DNA of 64,000 nt from Macrostomum lignano (taxonomy: Eukaryota), in contig NIVC01002106.1 in NCBI GenBank assembly GCA_002269645.1, positions 62,001-126,000 of the forward strand, given 5' to 3'. The notes under the pieces were generated by a model, which saw only the letters and a list, made by a program, of their open reading frames with translations, searched no databases and was not told the DNA's origin. How positions within the stretch are numbered: the first letter of the stretch is position 1; each line of letters opens with the position of its first letter. Position numbers and translations under genes: made by a program. Shown here piece by piece: positions 1-13,395 of the stretch.

Positions 1-2148
1 AGTGTCCCCCCACCACCTTCAGATTGCCCCCCCCCACTATCTTCAGATTGCCCCCACCACCTTTAGATTGCCCCCCACTATCTTCAGATTGTCCCCCCCA
101 CTATCTTCAGATTGTCCCCCCCACTACCTTCAGATTGTCCCCCCACTACCTTCAGATTGTCCCCCCACTATCTTCAGATTGTCCCCCCTCACCACCTTCA
201 GATTGTCCCCCCACTATCTTCAGATTGTCCCCCCTCACCACCTTCAGATTGTCCCCCCACTATCTTCAGATTGCCCCCCCCTCACCACCTTCAGATTGTC
301 CCCACCACCTTCAGATTGTCCCCCCCCCACTATCTTCAGATTGTCCCCCTCACCACCTTCAGATTGCCCCCCCTCACCACCTTCAGATTGACCCCCCACT
401 ATCTTCAGATTGTCCCCCACCACCTTTAGATTGTCCCCCACCACCTTCAGATTGTCCCCACCACCTTCAGAGTGTCCCCCTACCACCTTCAGATTGTCCC
501 CACCACCTTCAGATTGTCCCCCCCCACTATCTTCAGATTGTCCCCCACCACCTTCAGAGTGTCCCCCTCACCACCTTCAGATTGTCCCCCCTCCACTATC
601 TTCAGATTGTCCCCCCACCACCTTCAGATTGTCCCCCTCAACACCTTCAGATTGTCCCCCCACCACCTTCAGATTGTCCCCCTCACCACCTTCAGAGTGT
701 CCCCCTCACCACCTTCAGATTGTCCCCCCACTATCTTCAGATTGTCCCCCTCACCACCTTCAGATTGTCCCCCACCACCTTCAGAGTGTCCCCCTACCAC
801 CTTCAGATTGTCCCCACCACCTTCAGATTGTCCCCCCACTATCTTCAGATTGTCCCCCCACCACCTTCAGAGTGTCCCCCTCACCACCTTCAGATTGTCC
901 CCCCCCCACTATCTTCAGATTGTCCCCCACCACCTTCAGATTGTCCCCCTCACCACCTTCAGATTGTCCCCCACCACCTTCAGATTGTCCCCCTCACCAC
1001 CTTCAGATTGTCCCCCTCACCACCTTCAGAGTGTCCCCCTACCACCTTCAGATTGTCCCCACCACCTTCAGATTGCCCCCTCACCACCTTCAGATTGCCC
1101 CCACTCACCACCTTCAGATTGCCCCCCACCACCTTCAGATTGTCCCCCACCACCTTTAGATTGTCCCCCACCACCTTCAGATTGTCCCCACCACCTTCAG
1201 ATTGTCCCCACCACCTTCAGATTGTCCCCCACCACCTTCAGATTGCCCTTCTCACCACCTTCAGATTGTCCCCCACTATCTTCAGATCGTCCCCCCACTA
1301 TCTTCAGATTGACCCCCCACTATCTTCAGATTGTCCCCCACCACCTTCAGATTGCCCCCCCACCACCTTCAGATTGTCCCCCCACCACCTTTAGATTGTC
1401 CCCCACCACCTTCAGATTGTCCCCCCACTATCTTCAGATTGTCCCCCCCCCACTACCTTCAGATTGTCCCCCACTACCTTCAGATTGTCCCCCCACTATC
1501 TTCAGATTGTCCCCCCACTATCTTCAGATTGTCCCCCCTCACCACCTTCAGATTTCCCCCACTATCTTCAGATTGCCCCCCTCACCACCTTCAGATTGCC
1601 CCCCCTCACCACCTTCAGATTGCCCTTCCACCACCTTCAGATTGTCCCCCACCACCTTTAGATTGTCCCCCCACCACCTTCAGATTGTCCCCCTCACCAC
1701 CTTCAGATTGTCCCCCCACCACCTTCAGATTGTCCCCCTCACCACCTTCAGAGTGTCCCCCTACCACCTTCAGATTGTCCCCACCACCTTCAGATTGCCC
1801 CCCCTCACCACCTTCAGATTGTCCCCCACCACCTTCAGAGTGTCCCCCTACCACCTTCAGATTGTCCCCACCACCTTCAGATTGTCCCCCCCCCACTATC
1901 TTCAGATTGTCCCCCCCACCACCTTCAGATTGCCCTTCTCACCACCTTCAGATTGACCCCCCACTATCTTCAGATTGTCCCCCACCACCTTCAGATTGCC
2001 CCCCACCACCTTCAGATTGTCCCCCCACCATTAGATTGTCCCCCACCACCTTCAGATTGTCCCCCACCACCTTTAGATTGTCCCCCACCACCTTCAGATT
2101 GTCCCCCACCACCTTTAGATTGTCCCCCCACCACCTTTAGATTGCCCC
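1..2148. repeat. Minisatellite, ~21-24-bp unit CCCCACCACCTTCAGATTGT (SMC2 intron 4)
   Basis: Direct tandem units seen throughout; explains all ORFs at 2-2192. Confidence 0.97.
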
Positions 2149-2252
2149 CTAACAGAAATGAAGAATCCTATTTTCACAGTGAAGATAATTAAAAAAGACT
2201 TCGGATTTCAGGTATAAAAATTCTAAGACAGCAGAGCAAATAAAAACCTCAC

Positions 2253-2453
2253 CTGCAGCAGGGCAGTCTTCTCCCGAGCCTCAACCACTTCAATATCGGC
2301 TTTCTCCTTAGTCTGCTCGTAGCAGTAGTACCTGTAGGCCACGGTGAAGTGCTGCAGGAACTCCACCTCGCGGCAAACCTGCTGATACTCCTGATACACG
2401 TGTCGCTCCTTGCGCAGCTTAGTCAGAGTTGGGAGAATCTCCGATGCTAGGAG
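2253..2453 (-). CDS. SMC2: SMC2 exon 4 (67 codons, start of coiled coil)
   Basis: cctcag|CTCCTA ([29 protein letters not shown]) to CTGCAG|gtgagg. Confidence 0.93.
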
Positions 2454-5400
2454 CTGAGGAGGGATCATACGATGGGCAGAAGAGGCAAGGCTATTGGCAT
2501 CTGATAGACTACTGCGAGAGGCATATAGCGATTATATAAACAGAAATTCAATGCAGTATAGGCGATTGAACTTATTAAGCACAAATTTAAGTGTCCGGCG
2601 GCACAATGGTGCACCGCCTTCGGTGACATGGTCCCACAGCCAGCGCTGACTGCAATTCTGCCCAATCCGCAGACTCCTGAGCACATTACAAAGCGCCAAT
2701 ACTGTACTCAGGCACGGCACTCACACACACGCTCACACAGGGTGTACATCGGGCCTGGCTTTCGAATCATCAGGCATGTACACTCTCAAAAAATACTCAA
2801 AAAAGATCAGATACTCAATATTTAATTAACAGCTAGCTTGTTCGCTGGTAGCTTCTCAAAGCTAGAAAAATGTGAGCAATATTATAACTTACAGATTCAA
2901 TTTCCCGCAGTTTAAAGTCCTTCTTCTCAATAGTCTTCTGCGCTTGCTCCTTTTTGGTCTCGTAGAGTTTCGTGCCGGCCGCCTCCTCTAGTAGAGAGAG
3001 AATCTGCAGGAAAATAAAACATCTTTTCAATTGAGAGAAATGCGTTAGTAAAGCGACATATTTGGTATTGTGATTTCTCAGGATTTGGGATCAAAGACTA
3101 TGATTTAAGGATTAAGGAATAATGACGATGAGGTCAAATACTTTTCAGACTTTGGACTGTGAGTTTTAGGGTTGTAATGATTGATTGTAGGGTTTGAACA
3201 TTTAGAGATGATAAACCTCTAACCTTATAGCCCATAATACTTAGATCTTGATCTAGGGATTCGGGATCTTGATCTAGGTGTTAAGATCTTAATCTAGGTG
3301 TTAGGATCTTGATCTAAGGATTTGAGATCTTGATCTAGGGATTCGGGATCTTGATCTAGGGATTGGAGATCTTGATCTATTGATTCGGGATCTTGATCTA
3401 GGTCCTAGGAGTTAGAGATCTTGATCTAGGGATTGGGATCTTGATCTAGGGATTGGAGATCTTGATCTATTGATTCGAGATCTTGATCTATTGATTCGGG
3501 ATCTTGATCTAGGTCCTAGGAGTTAGAGATCTTGATCTACGGATTTGGGATCTTTGATCTAGGGGTTAGAGATCTTGATCTAGGGATTAGGATCTTGATC
3601 TAGGGATTCGGGATCTTGATCTAGGGATTGGGATCTTGATCTAGGGATTGGAGATCTTGATCTAGGGGTTATACATCTTGATCTAGGGATTGGGATCTTG
3701 ATCTAGGGATTGGAGATCTTGATCTAGGGATTGGAGATCTTGATCTATTGATTCGGGATCTTGATTTATTGATTCGGGATCTTGATCTATTGATTCGGAA
3801 TCTTGATCTATTGATTCGGGATCTTGATCTAGGTGTTAAGATCTTAATCTAGGCGTTAAGATCTTGATCTAAGGATTTGAGATCTTGATCTAGGGGTTAG
3901 ACATCTTGATCTAGGGATTGGGATCTTGATCTAGGGATTGGAGATCTTGATCTATTGATTCGAGATCTTGATCTATTGATTCGGGATCTTGATCTAGGTC
4001 CTAGGAGTTAGAGATCTTGATCTACGGATTTGGGATCTTTGATCTAGGGGTTAGAGATCTTGATCTAGGGATTCGGGATCTTGATCTAGGGATTGGGATC
4101 TTGATCTAGGGATTGGAGATCTTGATCTAGGGGTTATACATCTTGATCTAGGGATTGGGATCTTGATCTAGGGATTGGAGATCTTGATCTAGGGATTGGA
4201 GATCTTGATCTATTGATTCGGGATCTTGATTTATTGATTCGGGATCTTGATCTATTGATTCGGAATCTTGATCTATTGATTCGGGATCTTGATCTAGGTC
4301 CTAGGAGTTAGGGATCTTGATCTATGGATTTGGGATCTTGATCTATGGATTTGAGATCTTGATCTATGGATTTGAGATCTTGATCTAGGGATTAGAAATC
4401 TTGATCTAGGGATTAGAAATCTTGATCTAGGGATTCGGGATCTTGATCTATGGATTTAGGATCCCGATCTATGGATTTGGGATTTTGGGATTTAGATCTC
4501 AAGGAGTTAGAGATCTTGATCTAGGAATTTGGGATCTTGACCTATGGATTGGGGATCTTGATCTATGGATTTGGGATCTTGATCTATGGATTTAGGATCT
4601 TGATATAGGGATTGGGAATCTTGATCTAGAGTTTGAGAATATTGATCTGGGGATTGGGGATCCTGATCTGGAGACTGGGAGAACAGATCTATGGACAGGT
4701 AACCTAGATCTATAGATTCCCTATGATCCTGAGCTTGGGATTTTAGTCACGTCAGGAGGATTATAGGTTGTAGAATTACAATAAATTTGTAATGCACAGG
4801 CAAAGACAGGCAATTTACCTCAGGCGGCTTCATATTAAGCACCTTGGTGATGCGACCCTGCATGATAAGAAAATGCGGATTGTTAATATTTAGCTGTACC
4901 GAGTGAAACAGATCGTGCACCCGGTTGTTAGGCGCGCAGTTGCCATTGATGAGGTATTTGTTGCGGCCGCCAATCACAATCTGCCTAGTGATTGTGATCT
5001 CTTCGTAATCTTCGTAGCCTAGCGGCTTCTGGTTCTTGTCAGTGTTGTCAAACACGATGGAGACGGTTGCCTTGGTGACTCCAGCTTGGCCACTTTTGTA
5101 CACAAGGTCCTGCAGGTTGTTGGCTCGGACCTTGAGAGGGAACCAGGCAGAGTTTATGTTTATTTAGTGAACATTTAGTGAATACTAGTCATACTCATGT
5201 ATATGAATTTAAGCAGCATATAAGTGAAGTATTATTATGATCTTTAGCAACCAGAAGATGCTAAATTTTAACTAAATGCATTACCAATAAAGCAGAAATT
5301 AAAATGAACCTTGAAATTGGCATGAGTGGCATATACTTCAATATTAAAAGTGAAATTTTCAACAACCTTTAATTGATTAGAAAACTAGGGATTTTCAAAA

Positions 5401-8400
5401 TGTAGTTAATAAGATTAATGTACCATTGAAATTAGTACGAGCTATATCATAAAAGCCTGTGTACATAAATTTTTTGTAGATTTAATAAGCCACAGAATCT
5501 TATCTTACTATTGCTTAAATAATAAGCTATTTATTAAATATAGCCTTTGACTATAGTCAAGGACTGTTATACAATAAAGTTCCACAATTTACCCTGCCTC
5601 CATTTCAAAAAATAATTGTCATTTAACTATGTCAAATACATGCTTGGGTACAACCTAGGGATTCATGTGGCCATTTCTATTAGCAACACACATATGCAGT
5701 GTTGGGCACCAGTCCATTAATAAGCCTTAAGATTTTTTAGTAATGTAAACAGACTGCCTTTAAAATTTTTTGAACTAAAAGATTAACAAATTTTTGTTAA
5801 TAATTTTGTGAGTTAACAACAAATTTATCATTAATGTTAATGGCAAGGTCAATGACCAAAGATGCAAAGAAAAAAACAAAAATATGTCTGAAGAGAAGTT
5901 ACAACATTATGAATGTATTTAAATTTACCTAAATGCCTAATTAATCTCTGTTTATGACGATGATCATGCAAATGTAACAACTTCTTACTAATGATCAAAC
6001 TTTAATAATGAATTAAAATTGTGAAATTTATTGCTCTCACATAAGCATTGATTGCTTTGATTCACTTTTTAACAATCTTTCGTAACTTTCTACTGCACCT
6101 GCTAATGCTATTGAAACAACCTTCCTATTTGGATTTTATTATTAACTAATTAGCTTTAAATTTTTTAATAAATAAGTTACTCTTTTTACCATATGCTTAA
6201 TTTTAGTATTATTAGTAGTATTATACATACAAGTTTTTTTTAATTATTATTAGTTACTTTTTTAGCTTGTAAATCCTTTAAATGACTTCTATGTTTTGCT
6301 TAAAAGATGGAAAAGCAAAGACAGTGTATTATGAAGTTGGTTTTGGAATAAAAGTGCAAGATTTGTGTATTTTCTGTGTTAACTTTAATGGATTAATGCT
6401 TATTAATGATTATCAGTTAACTAATATTTTTTGTTTTAATGCTAACACTTTTACAGAAGTTAAGATTTTTATTAACAGTGCCCAACACTGCATACATGTA
6501 AGTCACAATTGGACAGAATATTAGTCCTATGATTACTCTTAGCCAATAATGACTTACATGTGTATCTTTCCATTAGAAATGGCCAAGTGATTCCCAAGGT
6601 TTCAAATATATAGTCAAATTACACAAAAATAGATAGGCATAAGAAAGAAAAATGGGATTCATAGGAAAATAATAGTTGATTAATAATAATTACTATAATA
6701 ATGCTATACAATGCAAACAATGTTAAAAAACAATTAAAGACAATTAAATTGTGTCAAAAGTTATGGCTAGCAAAAATGTTGGTAGATAATTTTGATACTA
6801 AATTATGATTTATAACAAAAAAGAAATAATTTTTAGCTTTTTTAACTTAATAGGTTTTTTAAAGGATGTATTTTTTCTTTTCTTTAAACATTAAAACACT
6901 AGCAAATCTTTGAATAATTAATAATACAGATATAAATATTACATTACAAGTTTGCTAAAATGGATGTATAAGTATGTGAAGTAAATTGATAATAATTATT
7001 GATACTATATTATATATATATTATATTGATACTTTGATATTAATAATGTATCTATACTTTACTTACTTAATATACTTTAATATCAACAAAGTATAAAAAT
7101 ACTTTGATATTTTGTATACTTTGATACTTTGATATTGATACTATTATAATATATACTATATTATATTATATTGATATAATAATTAATTATATAATAATAT
7201 ATATAATATATATATATATTTTTTTTCAATATATAGTATTGTTAATAATAATTATTAATAATAATAATATAATAGTATTTTTCAATATATATACATATAT
7301 ATATATATCAATACTATTGAAATAAATTCAAATATATATTAGGCACATCCTTCTAAATATACTAAATCTCTAATCCTATATACTAAAAATGAGTTGTTTG
7401 TTTGTACGCAATCGATTAGAGAAAAAATGGCTGGACCGATTTTCATGAGACTTGCACTGTTCGATCAGAAATTTTCCCGTGACGGTACATGCATCGTGGC
7501 TAAGAAATTGCTCGATGCTAAAGGCATTAAATATTCGAAAAACATGCTTTTTTGCAAAGGTCAAGCAAACTTTTCGACTTGAAATGCATTGTAAGAATGC
7601 TAAGAGAAAAATTGACTGGTTGAATCTGATTCTGAAATAGATTGCATCATCACACTAGGCTTTTTATTTATCGTCTGTGTACTGGCTGAATTTTGACACT
7701 GAATTCAATTGCGTAACAGTGTTGAAAACGTAGTGTGGAACTTGATTTAGATTGCGTAACTATTTTGAGACTGATACTGACTTGCCTGAGAAATTGATTA
7801 TGTCATAGAAGCGTCATGTAAACAATCATAGAAGCGTCATACAAAAAATCATAGAAGTGTCATGTAAACAATCATAGAAGTGTCAGGTAAAAATCATAGA
7901 AGCGTCATGTGAACAATCATAGAAGTGTCAGGTAAAAATCATAGAAGCGTCATACAAAAAATCATAGAAGCGTCATTTAAACAATCATAGAAGCGTCATG
8001 TAAACAATCATAGAAGCATCATGTAAAAAATCATAGAAGCGTCATGTAAATGTAAACAATCATAGAAGCGTCATGTAAAAAATCATAGAAGCGTCATGTA
8101 AACAATCATATAGAAGCGTCATACAAAAAATCATAGAAGTGTCATGTGAACAATCATAGAAGCGTCATGAAAAAATCATAGAAGCGTCATGTAAACAATC
8201 ATAGAAGTGTCATGTAAAAAATCGTAGAAGCGTCATTTAAAAAAATATAGAAGCGTCATGTAAACAATCATAGAAGCGTCATGTAAACAATCATAGAAGC
8301 GTCATGTAAAAAATCATAGAAGCCTCATTTAAAAAACATAGAAGCGTCACCTAAAAAATCATAGAAGTGTCATGTAAAAAATCAGAGAAGCGTCATGTAA

Positions 8401-11400
8401 ACAATCATAGAAGCGTCATGTAAAAAATCATAAAAGCGTTATATAAAAATCATAGAAGCGTCATTTAAAAAATCATAGAAGCGTCATGTCAGACATGAAA
8501 GGTGTCATATAAAAATTAAATGAAGCTATAGTACAGTGCTGTGCTGGGGAGAATTACTGAGACGTCAAGGCTCACAGAAAATAACTGGGATTACAGGTGG
8601 GGGGGGGGGTTTCTGAGATGTCAAAGAAAAAGTCAGAAGCTACTTCAAAGTTCATGTACTTTACTCAATTTTTATTACATTCTTTGTTGGCTCGCCACAG
8701 GGGGGGCGCTGATAGAAGCAGAGTCATGTAAAAAATAAAAGTAGCACTATGTATACATATAAGAAAAGTCATGTCGAAGTTAAAAGATTCATTTGGGAAT
8801 TGCTACGATGTCAAAGCTTGGTGGAAATCGTTATAGTGCTGTGATTCTTAAAGAAGGAAACACTAAAATGTCAAGGCTTGGGGGAGAAGAATTGCTGAGA
8901 TTCAAGGCTTTAGGTTGGGTTAAAGTTAGGTTTAGGTCAGGTGTGGGTTGAGGGTTACATTTTATCGGGTTTCAAGGTTAACAGGGGATTTTTTTAGATT
9001 TCAAGATTTATGGGGGGCATCGCTGACATGTCAAGGCTTACGGGGGGAATAGCTGAGACGTCAAGGCTCACGGGGGTATAAATGAGATTTCAAGGCTAAA
9101 GTCAGAAGCTACATGTAGTTTAATGAAAACTTTTTATTACATTTTTTGTTGGCTTCTCAGGGCTCGGTGATAGAAAAAGCATAATGTAAAAAATAAAATA
9201 AGCTTCATGTCAAAGTTAAGAGATTCATTTGGGAATCCCTACGATGTCGAGGCTTGCAGGGAATCGCTATAATGCTGTAGTAGTGCTATAATGACTCAGA
9301 ATTACTGAAATTTCAATGCTTTAGGGTTAGGTTAGGGTTAGGGTTAGGGTTAGGGTTAGGGTTAGGGTTAGGGTTAGGCTAGGGTTAGGGTTAGACTAGG
9401 GTTAGGGTTAGAAGGTTGACAGATTTTTTTTAGACTTCAAGGCTTATTTGGGGCATCGCTGAGATGTCAAGGGGGGAGTTGATTTGTTAAAGCTTGTGGG
9501 GGGAATTACTGACATTTCAAGGCTTACAAGGGACTTCTGAGGTATATTGCAAAGAGATGCTACATGTAGTTTATTACAAAACTTGTACTGTATTTTTGGC
9601 TCCCTAACGCTAAGATACTAAGCTAAAAAATACTACTAGCTCTTCACAAACTTATGCAGATGTCAGGCTGTAGGGTTAGTGTTAGGGTTGGTATTAGGGT
9701 TTAGGTTTAGGGTTAGGTTCAGGGTTATTGCGTTAAGATTCGGGTTAGGGTTAGGGTTAGGGTAGCTTATAACTTGGCTCATTTAGCTTATTAAAAATGT
9801 TTATCATGGAAGCATCATGCAAAAATAATGGAAGCGTCATGCAAAAACAATGGAAGCGTCATGCCAAAAATCATAGAAGCATCGATCATGCAAAAACTCA
9901 TGGACAAAATATTGAATTTAGGGTTTTGGTTAGGGTTAGGGTTAGGGTTAGAATTTTGACAGGAGATTTTTTAAGATTTCAAGGCTACATGTAGCTTATT
10001 AAAAATACCTGTATTGCATTTCTTTGGCTCCTTAACGGGGCACATATTTTACTATTTCTATAAAATATCTAGTATAGAATCTTTCTTATTCTATTACAGA
10101 CTCTACAGTTGCAAACCAATATTACAAGTCATAACTATCTTTTTGTATATATCATTAAATGCATTCTAAATTTTGAAAAAAATTAATAAATGTTCCATAT
10201 TTTTAGGAACGAAAAATTTCTCTATGCTACATATGCCATCAGCTAAGCAAAATACCATGACCATCTCTGATGCAATAAAGCGCTGCAATAAAGGTCTTTG
10301 GCCAAACATCCATGACCTACTGACAATCTTTCTTACCATCCCAGTGACAAGTGAGGGTTTCACGACAGATATTCAGACAGATATTCAAAATGATCGTCTG
10401 TAACTTTAAACAAAAGTGACCCACTTCAACCATGTTTTTGGAATATATTTACGCAAGTGTTGGGCATCAAATAAGCTTTAATTTATTTACTGAAGTAAAA
10501 ATCTTTCTGACATACATTGATTTAAAAATTGCTTAGCAACACTCTGATTAGACATCGCTTTACCATTGACTGAAATTGTTTTGATTGTAGCAGCCTAAAA
10601 GCAGATACTGGATTAAAAAATGCAGTACTTTTGTTTTGGTCACTTTTGTTTAAAGTTACAGACAATCATTTTGAATGTCTGTCTGAATATCTGTTGTGAA
10701 ACCCTCACTTGTCACTGGGATGGTAAGAAAGCTTCAATTTACTCTTTACGCATATCTCAGCTTTAAAATGACACCTTAGGCATTGCAAAAGACAGCTTTG
10801 ATGCTGAGATATTTGACACTAAACATTGCTTTGTGCAAACTGACATTCGGATATTTCATTGATTTTTATCGATATTTGTGCAGCTACCATTCCTTGTTTT
10901 TCATCAGAATCTCGTCAAATTCTAGTCATGTCTATACACATGTCTCAGCTTTAAAATGATACCTTAGGCATTGCAAAAGACAGCTTTGATGCTGATATAT
11001 TTGACACTAAACATTGCTTTGCTCAAACTCACATTAGGAAACTTCACTCAATATTTGTTCAGACTATTGTTCTCCATTTATTAACCATCACATAAAGCCT
11101 TGCTAACATACAATACAAGTGTATTGTGGAATGCTTAAGAAAATTATTTTTTGATTTTTGTAAATTGTGTAGTATTGTGATCCAAACATTATTCAGTATT
11201 ATTATTATTAATATTAATACGAATTTTAAGCAATTTTGCAATTAAGCAAATTAGGCACATTGTTAGGGCATTAGGAAAAAGATTATTATAAGTACAAGCA
11301 CAGTGGCTTCTATGATCTGTATTTCCAAGTTTACTTGTCAATGGCACAGCACGTTGCACACACGTTGACATTCTTGCCTCTGTTCTAACAGATTTTGTAG

Positions 11401-13395
11401 TGCCAAAAGAGGCATGATGGACACTTGATCTGTAGGATGCAGAAAAGTTAATGCTGCATAATGAACAAGTTTCTTGTATTCTCCTATATTTTGTTGAACC
11501 GCAAAGTGCTGAAAAGTCATGATTGGTTGCCATATATACAAATGTACACTCACTGACTCACTGACTGAGGTACGATCTATGCAAGATAAAGGCAGGAATC
11601 TTTAAAAATTAAATACTAAAGACAGTTTAAGAGAAGTCCAGGTTTAAAAATAGAAGCGATCAATAAAATCGATAAAATAATTGCCTTAAGCATTCTACAA
11701 TACACTTGTACATTAACAAGGCTCCATGTGATGGTTAATAAATGGAGAAGTAGGCAAATGTCTAAACAAATATTGAATAAAAATCTGTGAAGTTTCCAAA
11801 TGTGAGTTTGAGCAAAGCAATGTTTAGTGCCAAATATCTCAGCATCAAAGCTGTCTTTTGCAACACCTGGGGTGTCATTTTAAAGCTGAGACATGCGTAT
11901 AGACATGACTAGAATTTGATAAGATTCTGATGAAAAACAAGGACATGGCAGCTGCATAAATATCGATAAAAAATCTGTGAAATTTCTAAATGTCAGTTTG
12001 CACAAACCAATGTTTAATGTTGAACATCTCAGCATCAAAGCTGTCTTTTGCAATGCCTAAGGTGTCATTTTAAAGCTAAGACATGCATAAAAAGTAAATT
12101 GAAGCATTTTTAATCCAGTATCTGCTTTTAGGCTGCTATGATTGAAACAATTTCAGTCAATGGTAAAGCAATGTCTAATCAGAGTGATGCTAAGCAATTT
12201 TTAAATCAATGTATCTCGGAAAGATTTTTACTTCAATAAATAAATTAAAGCTTATTTGACGCGCAACACTTGCATAAATATATTCCAAAAACATGGTTGA
12301 AGTGGGTCAATTTTGAGAATTGTTTTGAATGTCTGTCTAAATATCTGTCGTAAAACCCTCATATCCCAGTAACAACCTACACAGTTGAAAGATCATTTAG
12401 TGTGCTTTGTCTTTTGAAGACGCATACTAGGTCAAAAATAGATGAGAGCCAGCTAAATAGACTTGCAATGCTGTCAGTGCACAAAGACATTCAACTACCA
12501 TACAAGCATGTGGTTGAAGAATATTCATAGCATTTCAACATGTGCCTGCAGCTGTTATAATTGTGAGCCATTTACTTTTACTATATCAGACTGCTATGAG
12601 TCTTCTATTGTAATTCCTTTGAGTGTAGTCACTCATTGTTATTTTATTTTGCATATATTGCACAAAAAATAGAATGGTTCTGACTATGGAAAGCATAGTG
12701 CATGCTAGTGCAGGACAAAAAGATTTTCATTTACTAAAGCATTTAGTAAAAATAATTTTTTTCTAATTTTTTATTAAATTGTGAATTTGAATAGGTATTT
12801 TCATAGAATTTGAAACTTGACTGGCCGTTCAATGCTACCAAGCAACTACATATTTGATTTATGGCGCTTAATTTTCCTGTGACCTGCCTAGGCCCTATTG
12901 GGCCAGCAAATATAAGTAGCAGCAGCTACTCATATCCCTACATCCCCCTGTGAGAAATTCAAATTCCTGGCTACACCCCTGGCCACATTCACATTTTTGT
13001 GCTTGAATTCTGTTCCTATATGTAATATATATAATCCTTTAGAAGTAATTCACAGATTTATTCATTAGACCAAATCTTCACTAGGCCTAACTAACATTGT
13101 ATAATTTGTATTGAGGGTTAGATAGAATAAAAAGCTAAAATGTGCAGAAAATAAAAAAAACACTTTTGTGGACTCAGGATCAATATATAGTATGCTATAT
13201 TATGGTACTATGCAATTTTATTCCTACCTGACTTAGATTTGTGATTCCCAGAAGAAAGCATATCGAATCAAGTATGTTAGACTTTCCACTGCCATTCAAG
13301 CCAGTAATGGCGTTAAATTGTGGATCAAACACACCAACTTCAGTGCGCGTTGCATAGGATTTGAAACCCTCAATAACGATTTTCTTAATATGCAT
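2253..13395 (-). CDS. SMC2: SMC2 condensin subunit, N-terminal part; join(13228..13395,4819..5130,2893..3003,2253..2453), gene continues beyond left edge
   Basis: The spliced translation [14 protein letters not shown]...[42 protein letters not shown]...[38 protein letters not shown].../[17 protein letters not shown] matches the SMC2 head domain I recall (Walker [10 protein letters not shown]-loop LIMQGR). All junctions are GT-AG, phase 0. Confidence 0.97.
2893..3003 (-). CDS. SMC2: SMC2 exon 3 (37 codons)
   Basis: cctgcag|ATTCTC ([14 protein letters not shown]) to GAATCT|gtaagt. Confidence 0.95.
3240..4680. repeat. Minisatellite, ~20-22-bp unit GGATCTTGATCTAGGGATTG (SMC2 intron 2)
   Basis: Tandem GATCTTGATCTA core. 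Confidence 0.95.
4819..5130 (-). CDS. SMC2: SMC2 exon 2 (104 codons)
   Basis: ctcaag|GTCCGAGCC ([12 protein letters not shown]) to CCTGAG|gtaaat; contains the Q-loop. Confidence 0.96.
6990..7340. repeat. AT-rich low-complexity/(TA)n tract
   Basis: Near-pure A/T with TATATA runs. Confidence 0.8.
7345..7560 (+). mobile_element. Helitron/HINE-like non-autonomous 5' terminal fragment
   Basis: ATCCTATATACTAAAAATGAGTTGTTTGTTTGTACGC..CTGGACCGATTTTCATGA recalls the TC-TATACTAAT..(GTTT)n..GACCGATTT 5' ends of invertebrate Helitron-like elements. No 3' hairpin/CTAG found. Confidence 0.4.
7800..8490. repeat. Minisatellite, ~22-23-bp unit AATCATAGAAGCGTCATGTAAAC
   Basis: Tandem units; a diverged satellite copy also occurs at ~9795-9900. 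Confidence 0.93.
8520..10040. repeat. Diverged ~400-bp repeat units each carrying a TTAGGG-type tract (interstitial telomeric-like repeats at ~8911-8955, 9321-9411, 9671-9762, 9918-9951)
   Basis: The GAGATGTCAAGGCT / GAAGCTACATGTAGTT / GATTCATTTGGGAAT blocks recur; a (TTAGGG)n run is visible at 9321-9411. Confidence 0.85.
10250..12981 (+). mobile_element. Degenerate hAT transposon 3' remnant (C-terminal dimerization domain) interrupted by a foldback insertion
   Basis: [30 protein letters not shown] (to 10350) continues as [43 protein letters not shown] (12363-12530), the hATC consensus pattern. Putative right terminus AAATTCCTGGCTACACCCCTG at 12961-12981. Confidence 0.75.
10352..12361. mobile_element. 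Non-autonomous foldback-type element, ~700-800-bp inverted arms
   Basis: Ends TGAGGGTTTCACGACAGATATT...AATATCTGTCGTAAAACCCTCA; arms ~10352-11140 and ~11680-12361 are reverse complements. Flanked by ATCCCAGT(G/A)ACAA at 10338-10350 and 12363-12375. Confidence 0.75.
13228..13395 (-). CDS. SMC2: SMC2 exon 1 (56 codons, Walker A)
   Basis: ATG at 13395; ends CAG|gtagga; contains [12 protein letters not shown]. Confidence 0.96.

Noticed and set aside
2-2192. Long Pro-rich ORFs (up to 494 aa)
   Set aside because: They are translations of the intronic 21-24-bp minisatellite, open in several frames at once, with no domain signal.
9321-9411. True telomere or chromosome fusion site
   Set aside because: Short, internal to an intron, single orientation, and embedded in a repeated unit.
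11189-11553. ORFs in the foldback spacer as a transposase
   Set aside because: No recognisable DDE, hAT or MULE motif.
13195-13395. Bacterial smc or another SMC paralog (SMC1/3/4)
   Set aside because: The gene is spliced, and [16 protein letters not shown] / [18 protein letters not shown] match the SMC2 sequence I recall.
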